64,000 bases of DNA from Malacoraja senta (Eukaryota), in contig CM075995.1 in assembly GCA_038087875.1 (NCBI GenBank), positions 3,226,001-3,290,000 of the forward strand. Direction: 5' to 3'. The notes under the pieces are model-generated. The model did no database searches and was not told the DNA's origin. It saw only the letters and a program-made list of their open reading frames with translations. Shown piece after piece: positions 52,615-64,000 of this stretch. The first letter of the stretch is position 1. Every line of letters begins with the position of its first letter. A program made the position numbers and the translations under genes.

Positions 52615-54836
52615 TGTTGCAGAGAATTAACAGCAGCGTTGTCTCAACAATCTGCACTCAGGTTGAAATAATGAGGTCTGGCAGTTTAAGTGGCTCGATT
52701 TTGCAGACGCAATACCTTATGTTCACGGCTTCGGCAGCTCCGAGGAATAATAACTTTAACCTCGCCCTCCATGCTAGTTTATCTTAGCTTTCCCCGTATC
52801 TTAGAAACAGCCCGTCTGGCAAACTTCAAACAGCAGTGGGAACAGTCCTGGTTCCTCCCGTCTGCTGGAGATTACTGTGTGTGTGCAGGGTATCTGCTGA
52901 GCACATTGGTGATGTGAAATAAACCATGCAGCAGAGGACATTATTACACTGTACAGGAGAAGGTGGTGGAGGTGATTGAGTTGGGAGATTCTCCAAATGG
53001 CAGGCCTATCTCTTAAGTACACAGTTAGTGTGTGAGCATGCTCAGTGAGGGACCATTCCGTTTTCAAAAGGAATGATCTTCTGGAGATGCCCTTTCGTTT
53101 CTGGCTGTGCTCAGCACAACTCTCGCAGCAGAGTAATCCATCAAGCTGTCAGATGGCCTTCCAGGGTTAGTGAGAGAGTAGGTACGCAGGCTGTAAAGCT
53201 GTAGCTGAACCACAAACTGTTCAAGGAACCTGACAGGTCAAGCAGCATCCGTGAAGGGAAATGGGTGCTCAACGCCTTGGTTGGGACCCTCCATCTTGGA
53301 CTGAAGGGGTGGAGTGGAGGTAGCCGGCATTAAAGAGGCGCGGGGGAAGGCTGGCTGGCATAAGAGCTGGCAAGCCAGAGGTTGATCTCGGTGAGGAAGG
53401 GTTGACTATCAGATGGAGTCAGACGATAGACAATAGGTGCAGGAGTAGGTCATTCGGCCCTTCGAGCCAGCGCTGCAAGGCAGATGCAGGAGGGAAGAGT
53501 GGAGATGTCAACAGTGGATGGGGTGGGGGTGGGGGAGGGGGGGTGCGGTGGTGGAGCCTGAACAAGGGTTCCAACCTGAAAAAAAGTCCATCCATTCCCT
53601 TCCACAGATGCTGCCTGACCTGCTGAGTTCCTCCATCAGTTTGTATTTTGCTACGATGATGGAATCTTATAAGAATGGAGGAGTGGAACCAAATAAGGGA
53701 GGGATGGTGAGCAGATGGGCCCAGTGTGGGGTGGGGATAGGGCACCCAGCGGGGGAGAGTATAGGTAATGGGAAGGTGGGGTAGGTGCAGGAGGAGAAAG
53801 TGATTAAGACAGGGAGGGGGGCATGTGGAAGTGAAGGGTGTGTGTGAGGGGACTTGGGTAGATCAGAAGGAGACAGAGGAACAGAGGGTTACCGGAATTC
53901 AATGTTCTTGCCATTGGGATGTAGACTATAAGCAAGAAGAGAGACACAAAGTACCAGAGTAACTCAACGGGTCAGGTAGCATCTGTGGAGAAAAAGGATG
54001 GGTGACTTTTCGGGTAGGTACCCTTCTTCAGAATGAAAGGAGAGGGGAGGGAACTGGATGTAGGAAGAGGCCAGACTATATGCAATATTTAGGAAGGAAC
54101 TGCAGATACTGGTTTAAACCGAAGATAGACACAAAATGCTGGAGTAATCAGTGGGACAGGCAGCATCTCTGAAGAGAACGAATGAGTGAAGTTTGGGGTC
54201 GAGACCTTTCTTCAGACTGATAGTCACGGGAAAGGGAAACGAGAGATATAGATGATGATGTGGAAAGATATGGAACAAACACCTAGCAAACAGCTAACAA
54301 TGGCCTGTTTCCTTTATCATTGTAACTTTTTTTGCATGTCTTTCATTCATTTGTTCTATATCTCACTTTATCTCTCCTTCTCTCCAGAGATGCTGCCTGT
54401 CCCGCTGAGTTACTCCAGCATTTTGTGTCTCCTAGACTAAGTGGGACCCATTGGGTCGCATTCTCACACGGGAGTGGTGGTCCCCCAACACAATATTCCA
54501 CCTCTCCACCAATTCCAATATTCCACCACTCACGCATAGCCCCCAACTGCGCAGGCGCGGCTGACGGGTTCCTGTTGTGATGCCCTTGATCCCCCCTACA
54601 CCCCTCACCCCCCCACTAACTCTGCCCCTTGCCCTTCCCCCACACGCACTCACTCCATCCCCCCCACAACCCCCCCCCCCCCGATCCACTCTTAGTGGTT
54701 CTCCGGTGGCGCAGCCATTCCCTCCCATTGGGTTCCCATTGTGACATAGAACATGCAGGTACTACTGCGCAGGTGCAGCTGACGGGCACGGCAAGTGGAA
54801 AAGGGATTTGTTAAAGCTTATAATGTGAATAACTCT

Positions 54837-55500
54837 TAGAAACATAGAAACATAGAAAATAGGTGCAGGAGGAGGCCATTCGGCCCTTCGAGCCAGCACC
54901 GCCATTCATTGTGATCATGGCTGATCGTCCCCAATCAATAACCCGTGCCTGCCTTCTCCCCATATCCCTTGATTCCACTAGCCCCTAGAGCTCTATCTAA
55001 CTCTCTCTTAAATCCATTCAGTGACTTGGCCTCCACTGCCCTCTGTGGCAGGGAATTCCACAAATTCACAACTCTCTGGGTGAAAACATTTTTTCTCACC
55101 ACAGTCTCAAGTGTCCTCCCCTTTATTCTAAGATTGTTCCCGATGTTGGGGAAGTCCAGAACAAGAGGTCACAGTTTAAGGATAAGGGGGAAGTCTTTTA
55201 GGACTGAGATGAGAAAAACATTTTTCACACAGAGAGTGGTGAATCTCTGGAATTCTCTGCCACAGAAGGTAGTTGAGGCCAGTTCATTGGCTATATTTAA
55301 GAGGGAGTTAGATGTGGCCCTTGTGGCTAAAGGGATCAGGGGGTATGGAGAGAAGGCAGGCACGGGATACTGAGTTGGATGATCAGCTATGATCATATTG
55401 AATGGCGGTGCAGGCTCGAAGGGCCGAATGGCCTACTCCTGCACCTATTTTCTATGTTTCTATGTTTCTATGTTTCTAAGACTGTGGCCCCTGGTTCTGG
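54837..55500. mobile_element. Minus-strand CR1 3' end carrying an inserted plus-strand CR1 3' end
   Basis: TTCTAAGA duplicated around the inner copy (~55133-55475); (TTTCTATG)n tails in opposite orientations. Confidence 0.8.
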
Positions 55501-56074
55501 AAAATAAAATATAAAAAATAAAATCTTAAAATATAACAACAATTTATATGTTAAAGAGGAGATTTATTCAGTCCATTCTTTCTTGTTGCGTCTCTTGTTG
55601 CATTCTGCAGCTGGCGGAGGGGGTCGGCTTCAGGCGGGGGCTGTCGGGGGTTCGGTGGGAAGAGTGTCCTGCAGCCTGGGGAGGGGCACAGCTTCAGGCA
55701 GGGCTGTTGCGAGCCGGTGGGGGAAGGGGGAGTGTACTGTAGCCGGGGGAGAGGGACAGCTTCAGGCGGCGGCTAGTGGGGGTGGGCCTTTTTGGAGGGC
55801 TAGTATGGGTGTTGAGGGATGAAGGGACTGGTTTCCAGAGGGCTAGTATGGACTGTGGGTCGAATGGATTCTTGGGCTAGTCCTGCAGCTGGGGATGGGG
55901 AGGCTTCAGGTGGGGACTGGCGGGTGCGTTCTGTAGCCGGGGAGGGAGGCGGCTTCAGGCCGGGGCAGGTGGGGGGAAGCACTGCCATGGCCTAATCCTG
56001 CCATGGCCTGCCTGCGGGGAGGAGGGGTGGTGGGCGAGGGGAGGGGGATGGGGGTGTGTGAGCGGGGGTGGTGA

Positions 56075-56548
56075 GCCTTGTGGACTCACAGTTCACTCAG
56101 CCACGGCTTGTGGACTCGCAGTTCACTCAGCCACGGCTCGTGGACTCACAGTTCACTCAGCCACAGCTCGAGGACTCACAGTTCACTCAGCCATGGCTTG
56201 TGGACTCACAGTTCACTCAGTCACGGCTTGTGGACTCACAGTTCACTCAGCCATGGCTTGTGGACTCACAGTTCACTCAGCCACGGCTTGTGGACTCACA
56301 GTTCACTCAGCTGCGGCTGGTGGACACAGTTCACTCAGCCACGGCTGGTGGACTCACAGTTCACTCAGCCACGGCTCATGGACTCACAGTTCACTCATCC
56401 ACGGCTCGTGGACTCACAGTTCACTCAGCCACGGCTTGCGGACTCACAGTTCACTCAGCCACGGCTTGTGGACTCACAGTTCACTCAGCCACGGCTTGCG
56501 GACTCACAGTTCACTCAGCCACGGCTTGTGGACTCACAGTTCACTCAG
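56075..56548. repeat. 30-bp minisatellite, about 16 copies
   Basis: Unit CCACGGCTTGTGGACTCACAGTTCACTCAG. Confidence 0.96.
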
Positions 56549-56714
56549 GCACGGGTTACTGATTGTGGAAGATCAGCCATGATCACAATGAATGGCGGTG
56601 CAGACTCGAAGGACCAAATGGCCTCCTCCTGCACCTATTTCCTATGTTTCTAAAAGCTGGAGTAACTCAGCGGGTCAGGCAGCATCTCTGGAGAGAAGGA
56701 AAGGGTGACGTTTC

Positions 56715-56750
56715 GGGTCTGAAGAAGGGTCTCAACCCGAAACGTCACCC
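56715..56750 (+). ncRNA. Minimal type I hammerhead ribozyme motif (Penelope-associated)
   Basis: GGGT-CTGAAGA-A-GGGT(CTCA)ACCC-GAAA-CG-TC-ACCC: core boxes, stem II, stem I GGGT/ACCC and palindromic minimal stem III. Confidence 0.65.
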
Positions 56751-56844
56751 TTTCCTTCTCTCCAGAGACTCTGCCAGTCCCGATGAGTTACTCCGTCTTT
56801 TTGTGCCTATCTTTGGTTTAAACCAGCTTCTGCAGTTCCTTATT

Positions 56845-57129
56845 ACACAACTACATAGATGCGACAGCCAAGAAGGCGCACCAACTCTTTTACCTCCCGA
56901 GAAGACAGCGGATATTTGGCCTGTCTACAGTTACTCTTCAAAACGTCTACAGACGCACCATAGAAAGCATACTGTTGGGTTGCATCACAGTTTGATTTGG
57001 AAACAGCTCTACCCAAGACCCCATGAAATTGCAGTGAATTGTTGACATAGCCCAGTCTCACAGAGGCCAGACTCCCCACCATTGACACCACCCACACTTC
57101 ACGTTATTTGAGAAAAGCAACCAACATAA
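56845..57129 (+). mobile_element. Rex1/Babar-like LINE RT C-terminal fragment
   Basis: Degenerate KKAHQ.LY.LRR...YR.TIESIL.GCIT..FGN; a related piece lies at 27910-28075. Confidence 0.7.
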
Positions 57130-57838
57130 TTGGCCTGTCGCTTGACCTCCTCCCTCGACTCTGTCCAGGGACCCCGACAGTCCTTTCAGGTTAGGCAGAG
57201 GTCCACTTGCACCTCCTCCAACCTCATCTACTGTATCCGTTGCTCAAGATGTGGGCTCTTATACATCGGCGAGACCAAACGCAGACTGGGCGATCGTTTC
57301 GCAGAACACCTTCGCTTTGCCCGCCTGAACCTACCTGACCTCCTGGTTGCTGGACACTTTAATTCTCCTTCCCATTCCTGCACAGATCTTTCTGTCCCAG
57401 GTCTTCTCCATTGTCAGAGTGAGGCTCAACGCAAATTGGAGGGACATCATCTCATATTTCACTTGAGCAGCTTACAGCCCAGTGGTATGAATATTGATTT
57501 CTCTCACTTCAGGTAGCCCCGGCATTCCCTCTCTCTCTATCCCTCCCCCACCCAAGTCGCACTAGCTTCTCGTTTTCACCCTACAAACAGCTAACAATGG
57601 CCTGTTTCCTTTATCATCATTACTTTTTTTGCATATCTTTTATTCATTGTTCTTTACCTCTTCACATCATTGTCTATAATCTCTTGCTTCCCTTATCCCT
57701 AACCCGTCCGAAGAAGGGTCTCGACCCAAAACATCGCCCATTCCTTCTCTCCAGAGATGCTGCCTCAACCACTGAGTTACTCCAGCATTTTGTGTCTACC
57801 TTCGATTTAAACCAGCATCTGCAGTTCTTTCTTACACA
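57130..57838 (+). mobile_element. Penelope-like element 3' fragment (GIY-YIG endonuclease and terminal repeat)
   Basis: SSNLIYCIRCSRCGLLYIGETKRRLGDRFAEH...GMNIDFSHFR*, followed by the hammerhead-like repeat. Confidence 0.87.
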
Positions 57839-58453
57839 TGCAATCATGGCTGATCTATCTATCCCACTCAACCCCATTCTCCCCATAACCCCTTACACCC
57901 CTTCATTGACCTGACCTCCACAGCCTTCTGTGGCAAAGAATTCCACACATTCACCACCCTCTGACTAAAGAAATTCCTCCTCATCTTCTTTCTAAAGGTA
58001 CATCTTTTTATTCTGAGGCTATAGCCTCTGGTCCTAGACTCTCTCACTAGCGGAAACATCCTCCCCACATCTACTCTATCCAGGCCTTTCACTAATCTCC
58101 TATGCCTGCACATAATCCTTACTCCTCCATTCCCATGTGCCTATAAAAAAGATTCTTAAGTGTGACTATCGTACCTGCCTCTGCCATTATCTCTGGTCCC
58201 TCCCGAATGTTTTGGTCAAAGGTGAGGGGGAAAAGATTTAATCGGAATCTGAGAGGTTACTTTTTCCACACAAAGGGTGGTGAATGTATGGAACAAGCTG
58301 CCAGAGGAGATAGTTGAGGCAGGGACTCCCCCAATATTTAAGAAACAGTTAGACAGGTACATGGATAGGACAGCTTTGGAGGAATATCTACCAAATGGGG
58401 GCAGTTGGGACTAGTTAGCCGGTGTGGGCAACTTGGGTCGAAGGGCTTGTTTC

Positions 58454-58681
58454 TGTGGTATTATGGAATAATATAATAAAGGAATGCCTTTATTCTGCTG
58501 CCAGTGGTCAGGCTGCAGTGACAGCATCCGGCCTGAAGGTGGGGCTGTGGGCGTAACCGGAGAGAGGCCTAGCAGCAGGGCCCGGGGATGCAGCACGAGG
58601 CAGCTGCTGTAGTGAGTTGCTAAATAAAGACAGACTCCGATTACGTCGTTGTACGAGCCTCATTATAAGAATAATTCGATA
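58454..58681 (+). repeat. 5' LTR
   Basis: Direct repeat of 62825-63052; starts TGTGG, ends CGATA; contains AATAAA. Confidence 0.96.
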
Positions 58682-58699
58682 TGGTGTCAGAAACGGGAT
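58682..58699 (+). promoter_or_regulatory. Primer binding site, probably tRNA-Leu
   Basis: TGGTGTCAGAAacGGGAT directly after the LTR resembles the complement of the vertebrate tRNA-Leu(CAA) 3' end, TGGTGTCAGAAGTGGGAT (recalled, not searched). Confidence 0.75.
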
Positions 58700-58777
58700 A
58701 CTTGTAAGCGAAAAAAAAAAAAGAAGAAGAGGAAAGTGTATCGTTTTGGCGGAGAAAGGTGAGATGAGCTGGCAGAT

Positions 58778-61700
58778 ATGGCGCAACCTACACCAACTGC
58801 TACGTTCACAATACAACCTCCAGAGCCATTCGATTTTACCAAGCCTCAAGAATGGGAGCGTTGGATCAGGAGATTCGACCGCTTTCGGCTTGCAAGCAAC
58901 TTAAACGCAACGTCGGAAGAAAACCAGGTGAACACGTTAGTGTACTGCATGGGTGATGAAGCCGAAGATGTGCTAAAGGGGCTAACGCTAACTGCAGATG
59001 AGAGGAAGGTGTACACGGATGTTAAGGCTGGCTTTGATGCATTTTTTGTGCCTAAAAAGAATGTAATCTACGAAAGAGCCAAGTTCAATCAGCGTGTGCA
59101 ACTGCCAGAAGAAACGGTGGATTCCTTCATCACTGCTCTATACGGATTAGCTGAACACTGCAACTATGGACAGTTACAGAACGAGCTGATCCGCGACAGG
59201 TTAGTGGTCGGGCTGAGAAACGTCTCATTGTCAGAAAAGCTACAGCTAGACAGAGACCTAACCCTTGGAACTGCGATAACAAAGACAAGGCAGTCTGAAG
59301 AAGTTAGACGACAGCGGTCTGACTTAAGAGGAGAAAATGGCGGTGCTAGCAAGTGCTCAAATGTTGATGCTGTGCATGCTAAAAGCTACAGAAAACCCAA
59401 ATTTCCCTCAAAGCCTCAGCCACAAGCACAAACACCAGGCAAAAATAAACTTAATATACGGCCACAGCCAGGTTCAAAGGCCTGTTATAGATGTGGAAAA
59501 ATGCCCTCGCATGGAAAATGGGAATGCCCTGCTAAAGATGCTGTGTGTCACAACTGTGGCAAAAAGGGACATTATGGCAAAGTGTGCAGAAACAGTGCAA
59601 AATCTCTGAATGCTGTCACTACAGAGGAAGAAGAGAGCTTTTTCCTGGGAGCCGTGGATGCTGGAAAAGACCCGTGGACGGTGCAGCTACAAGTGAGACA
59701 AAAAAAAGTGTGCTTTAAAATAGACACTGGTGCTGATGTCACCGCCATGCCAGCCGAGGTGTACCATGACATTACAGGGGGGCATGATGTGAAGCGCCTG
59801 GCAGTGCCGACACGCCCGTTGTTTGGGCCAGGGGGCAATGCACTCTCTGTCCTAGGTGTAGCCAGAGAAACACTGCGCAGAGGCAAAAAGACAGCCATAG
59901 AGAACATTTATGTAGTAAAAGACCTGCACACTGCACTGTTGGGAAGGCCTGCCATAGAACAGCTTCAGCTTGTGTGCAGGGTTGACAGCATCACCATGGA
60001 ATCAATGAAACAACAATATCCGAAGCTGTGTAGCGGCTTGGGTCTTGTTCTGAGGCCATACTCAATTAAATTAAAGCCAGAGGCTGTGCCCTTCTCTCTC
60101 CACACACCACGCAGAGTCCCTCTGCCGCTTATGGGAAAAGTGAAGGAGGAGATAGACCGTATGGAGAAGATGGGCGTAATCACCAAGATTGAGGAGCCGA
60201 CTGATTGGTGTGCCGGGATGGTGGTGGTGCCGAAAAAAGCAGGTGATGTTCGCATTTGTGTGGATTTCACAATGATGAATGAATCAGTATGCAGAGAAAA
60301 GTTTATCCTGCCTTCTGTCGAGCACACTCTGGGCATGCTAGCTGGCGCAACAGTCTTCAGCAAATTAGATGCCAACATGGGCTTTTGGCAAGTACCATTG
60401 ACAAAAGAGTCTGCCAAATACACCACCTTCATCACGCCTTATGGGCGCTACTATTTTAACCGTCTACCCTTTGGCATAGCATCAGCCCCCGAGCACTTTC
60501 AAAGGATGATGGTGACAGAAGTGACCGGTGGCCTGGAGGGGGTACTGTGTCACATGGACGACATCCTGGTCTGGGGACAGACGCAGGAGGAGCATGATGT
60601 GCGGCTACATGCGGTGCTAAAGAAGGCACAAAAGGCCGGCATTACGCTCAACATGGACAAATGTGAGCTCACACGCCACACAGTCAGATTCCTGGGTCAT
60701 GTGATTTCAGCAGATGGAGTGAAGCCAGATCCAGAGAAGACGAGAGCAGTACAAGAGATGGATGCACCCAAAAATGTCAGCGAACTCAGGAGTTTTCTGG
60801 GCATGGTCAATCAGCTGGGCCGCTTCTTGCCTAACCTGGCTGAAAAAGACAAAGTGCTACGAGACCTGCTGTCCAAGAAGAACCACTGGTACTGGGGGAC
60901 AGAGCAGCAGGCCGCCTTTGATCAGTTAAAAACAGAGCTGTCATCCACACCAGTGCTCACATTATACAACCCAAACAGTGCTTTAAAGATCTCTGCTGAT
61001 GCTTCTTCCTTTGGCCTGGGGGCAGTCCTGCTGCAGAAGAGCGATGCCATGTGGTCACCTGTGGCATATGCGTCCAGGTCAATGACGCCAACAGAGCAGC
61101 GCTATGCTCAAGTAGAGAAGGAGGCATTGGCTGCAACGTGGGCATGTGAAAGGTTCAGCTGTTTCATCCTGGGAAGACCATTCGAGCTGGAAACTGACCA
61201 TAAGCCGTTGGTGAGTCTGCTGGGAAGGAAAGCTTTGGATGACCTCCCACCAAGAATCCAAAGATTTAGGATGAGACTCATGAGGTACAACTATACAGTC
61301 AATCATGTCCCTGGCAAAAGCCTGTGGACAGCCGACACCTTATCTCGTGCTCCTCTGAGAGCCGCAAGAGCACACACAGACATAAGCCTATTAGAGGACA
61401 CCAACATCTATGTAGACTCTGTCATCAGCAACATTCCTGTCAGTGGAGATTATCTGAGCAGCCTACGTGAGCACCTGAAGGCAGACAGCACATGCTCTGC
61501 ACTGATGGAGTACTGCACAGACGGGTGGCCCGACAAAAGCCAACTGCAGGGAGTGCTGAGACATTACTGGGCTGATAGAGCAGTGCTGACTGTGCACGAT
61601 GGGCTGCTGCTGCGGGGCACGAGACTCGTCATCCCAACAGCCTTACAAGGTGATGTGCTGCAGAGACTACATGAGGGACACCTGGGGGTGACAAAGTGCA

Positions 61701-62713
61701 GGGGCCGGGCCAAACAGACGGTATGGTGGCCAGGACTCAGCAGCCAGCTGAATGACATGGTGCTGAAATGTAGAACCTGCATCCAAGAGAGAAGGAACGT
61801 CAAAGAGCCGCTGATGCCAACGGAGATGCCAGACAGGCCTTGGCAAACCTTGGGAGCTGACCTGTTCACGCTGAAAAACAAGACTTATCTACTAGTAGTA
61901 GATTATTTCTCAAGGTATGTGGAAGTTGCGCTGCTGACACACACAAGGTCCACAGATGTGGTGGTGCACCTGAAATCCATGTTTTGTCGTCATGGAATTG
62001 GGGAATTTCTTAAAAGTGACAATGGGCCCCAGTTCTCAGGTAGCCACTTTAAAGCCTTTGCAGCAGAGTATGGCTTTGTGCACATCACGAGCAGCCCCAA
62101 GTTTCCTCAGAGCAATGGGGAGGCGGAACGCGCTGTACAAACCGTGAAAAACCTGCTAACAAAGGCATCAGACCCATATCTTGCATTGCTGGCCTACAGA
62201 GCAACCCCTCTACAGAACGGCTATAGCCCGGCCGAGCTGTTGATGGGGCGCCGCCTCCGCACTACAGTTCCTGCCCTTCCAACCCTGCTGAATCCAGTTT
62301 TGCCTGACTACAACGCGCTGGGGGCCAAAGAAAGGGAGAAGAGGAGGAACGACGCAAGATCCTTCGACAAGAGGCACGGAGCGAGAAACCTGGAGCCACT
62401 CGTACCTGGGGAGGATGTGTGGATCACCGATGCACGAGTCCAGGGCACAGTGCTATCTACACACAACACCCCTCGCTCTTATATCGTCCAGGTGCCTCAG
62501 GGCACACTGAGGAGGAACCGGCATCACTTGGTGCCGCTGCAGACCAACAGTGGGGTAGTCGATGCTGATGAGCCACCGGTGGGAGAAGATTCACCTACAC
62601 CAGAGCCAGCTCCACCAGTGACAACATCACCCAGCAGAGAGGGCCCCACCACAGAGCCTGTGCGGACCAGGTGTGGGAGAGAGGTTAGAAAGCCGCAGAG
62701 ACTTGATTGGTGA
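58778..62713 (+). CDS. Gag-Pol polyprotein, 1311 aa (Gag, protease, RT, RNase H, integrase)
   Basis: Uninterrupted ORF. Two zinc knuckles (CYRCGKMPSHGKWEC, CHNCGKKGHYGKVC); protease DTGA; RT LPFG...HMDD; RNase H ADAS...EKE...TDH; integrase HHCC and DDE (ADLF, SDNG, GEAER). Order PR-RT-RH-IN is Gypsy. Confidence 0.96.
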   Translation: MAQPTPTATFTIQPPEPFDFTKPQEWERWIRRFDRFRLASNLNATSEENQVNTLVYCMGDEAEDVLKGLTLTADERKVYTDVKAGFDAFFVPKKNVIYERAKFNQRVQLPEETVDSFITALYGLAEHCNYGQLQNELIRDRLVVGLRNVSLSEKLQLDRDLTLGTAITKTRQSEEVRRQRSDLRGENGGASKCSNVDAVHAKSYRKPKFPSKPQPQAQTPGKNKLNIRPQPGSKACYRCGKMPSHGKWECPAKDAVCHNCGKKGHYGKVCRNSAKSLNAVTTEEEESFFLGAVDAGKDPWTVQLQVRQKKVCFKIDTGADVTAMPAEVYHDITGGHDVKRLAVPTRPLFGPGGNALSVLGVARETLRRGKKTAIENIYVVKDLHTALLGRPAIEQLQLVCRVDSITMESMKQQYPKLCSGLGLVLRPYSIKLKPEAVPFSLHTPRRVPLPLMGKVKEEIDRMEKMGVITKIEEPTDWCAGMVVVPKKAGDVRICVDFTMMNESVCREKFILPSVEHTLGMLAGATVFSKLDANMGFWQVPLTKESAKYTTFITPYGRYYFNRLPFGIASAPEHFQRMMVTEVTGGLEGVLCHMDDILVWGQTQEEHDVRLHAVLKKAQKAGITLNMDKCELTRHTVRFLGHVISADGVKPDPEKTRAVQEMDAPKNVSELRSFLGMVNQLGRFLPNLAEKDKVLRDLLSKKNHWYWGTEQQAAFDQLKTELSSTPVLTLYNPNSALKISADASSFGLGAVLLQKSDAMWSPVAYASRSMTPTEQRYAQVEKEALAATWACERFSCFILGRPFELETDHKPLVSLLGRKALDDLPPRIQRFRMRLMRYNYTVNHVPGKSLWTADTLSRAPLRAARAHTDISLLEDTNIYVDSVISNIPVSGDYLSSLREHLKADSTCSALMEYCTDGWPDKSQLQGVLRHYWADRAVLTVHDGLLLRGTRLVIPTALQGDVLQRLHEGHLGVTKCRGRAKQTVWWPGLSSQLNDMVLKCRTCIQERRNVKEPLMPTEMPDRPWQTLGADLFTLKNKTYLLVVDYFSRYVEVALLTHTRSTDVVVHLKSMFCRHGIGEFLKSDNGPQFSGSHFKAFAAEYGFVHITSSPKFPQSNGEAERAVQTVKNLLTKASDPYLALLAYRATPLQNGYSPAELLMGRRLRTTVPALPTLLNPVLPDYNALGAKEREKRRNDARSFDKRHGARNLEPLVPGEDVWITDARVQGTVLSTHNTPRSYIVQVPQGTLRRNRHHLVPLQTNSGVVDADEPPVGEDSPTPEPAPPVTTSPSREGPTTEPVRTRCGREVRKPQRLDW

Positions 62714-62824
62714 TTTATTGATTTATTTGATCAGGGACAGGTCTTTCAGCAAAAGGGCAGAATAAACCCCTTAAGACCTGCAGAGACAAAGGTAGTCCAC
62801 CCTTTGTTCTCAAAGAAAGGGAGA

Positions 62825-63052
62825 TGTGGTATTATGGAATAATATAATAAAGGAATGCCTTTATTCTGCTGCCAGTGGTCAGGCTGCAGTGACAGCATCC
62901 GGCCTGAAGGTGGGGCTGTGGGCGTAACCGGAGAGAGGCCTAGCAGCAGGGCCCGGGGATGCAGCACGAGGCAGCTGCTGTAGTGAGTTGCTAAATAAAG
63001 ACAGACTCCGATTACGTCGTTGTACGAGCCTCATTATAAGAATAATTCGATA
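62825..63052 (+). repeat. 3' LTR
   Basis: Matches the 5' LTR; preceded by purine tract AAGAAAGGGAGA and followed by TSD GTTTC. Confidence 0.96.
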
Positions 63053-64000
63053 GTTTCCACACTGTATCACTCTATGACTCTGAAAGCAAATTCAGCGCAC
63101 AGGTTTTTTGATTTTGCCCACCTTGTGTATGCAATATAGCTATACATTTCTCTAAAGATGGACACAGAATTCTGGAGTAACTCAACGGGACAAGCAGCAT
63201 CACTGGAGAGAAGGAATGGGTGACGTTTCGGGTCGAGACATCACCCATTCCTTCTCTCCAGAGATGCTGCCTGTCCTGCCGAGTTACTCCAGCATTTTGT
63301 GTCTATCTGCAGGTGCTTCCTACAGTGTTTAGTTCTCCAGCTCTGCAATCCTTTAAGGGGGTCTCTTCCATTCTTCCTAACCCATGCCCCACCTCTCCCC
63401 AGCCACAGACGGTCATGTTCCATGCAAGCATCATCTGCCTGGATATTGGAAGCTCAGGAGCATAAAGGCATCATCGGTCAGCCAGACAAACAGACAGACA
63501 GGCCATTGTGGCAATGGTCCTTTCAAGCAGCATGTTTAAAATCACACAGAGTGCTCCAGTCATCAGATGTAGCATTAACGCATTCCATGCTTATCAGTGC
63601 CGTGTCAGGTTTTACAATAGCCTTGATATCAGTACCACTGGGACCACATTTGAGAAGGACCCAGGAACTGCTATGACTGGGCAGGAAAACTAAAGAACCA
63701 GTTGAAAAGGCCGGGTAACGATTTCAACAAACAATGATAAGGGGCTTTTCTGGATCCAAATCGGGACAGCTGCAGCTAAGACCGTGCTACCTGCTGGGGG
63801 TTGCCTGGCAACAAGGGCTCCTTCTCCCCCAGTGATTTTGGAGTTCACAATTAAGGTTTACTCAGAGATTGTAAAGGTCCCTCTGTTATCCCACTAGCTG
63901 TCTGGGTGTTTGCTTGATATTTGGGGAAAATGGAACTTGATGTTTATTGAAATGGAACTTAGTTTAGTTTAGAGATACAGCACGGAAACAGGCCCCTCGG

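Larger units (their letters stand above)
54432..56548 (-). mobile_element. Helitron-like copy (3' part), interrupted by nested CR1s
   Basis: CTAG plus hairpin remnant at 54432-54460; 55797-55880 matches 36892-36975; contains a 30-bp minisatellite. Confidence 0.7.
58454..63052 (+). mobile_element. Full-length Ty3/Gypsy LTR retrotransposon (Mag-like), apparently intact
   Basis: Two 228-bp LTRs (58454-58681, 62825-63052); 5-bp TSD GTTTC (58449-58453, 63053-63057); PBS right after the 5' LTR; PPT before the 3' LTR; single gag-pol ORF. Splits a CR1 3' tail (gggcttgtttc|cacactgtatcactctatg). Confidence 0.97.

Noticed and set aside
54945..55373. 142-aa chimeric ORF as a novel gene
   Set aside because: Antisense CR1 read through into a nested sense CR1.
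63299..63693. Short ORFs in unique DNA at the window end
   Set aside because: No recognisable motif or convincing splice structure.

Overview
Eukaryotic, repeat-saturated vertebrate DNA. The tRNA-derived HE1/V-SINE-like SINEs and CR1 LINEs point to a cartilaginous fish, probably a skate or ray (inference). No host gene is recognisable with confidence. Main resolved elements: (1) an apparently intact Mag-like Ty3/Gypsy LTR retrotransposon (58454-63052) with 228-bp LTRs identical by eye, TG...TA ends and a GTTTC TSD; (2) a full-length DIRS1-type tyrosine-recombinase retrotransposon (18477-23348) whose ITR/ICR allow its 3-nt ATT crossover to be reconstructed, nested in a CR1 that is nested in a SINE; (3) two L1 LINEs, one with a twin-priming 5' inversion and an 18-bp TSD; (4) non-autonomous Helitron-like elements carrying minisatellites; (5) Penelope-like fragments with minimal hammerhead-ribozyme motifs, often as fold-back pairs; (6) several MITEs, microsatellites and two 200-N gaps. 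A chain of phase-compatible exon-like segments on the minus strand may be an unidentified host transcript (low confidence). All alignments were done by eye.
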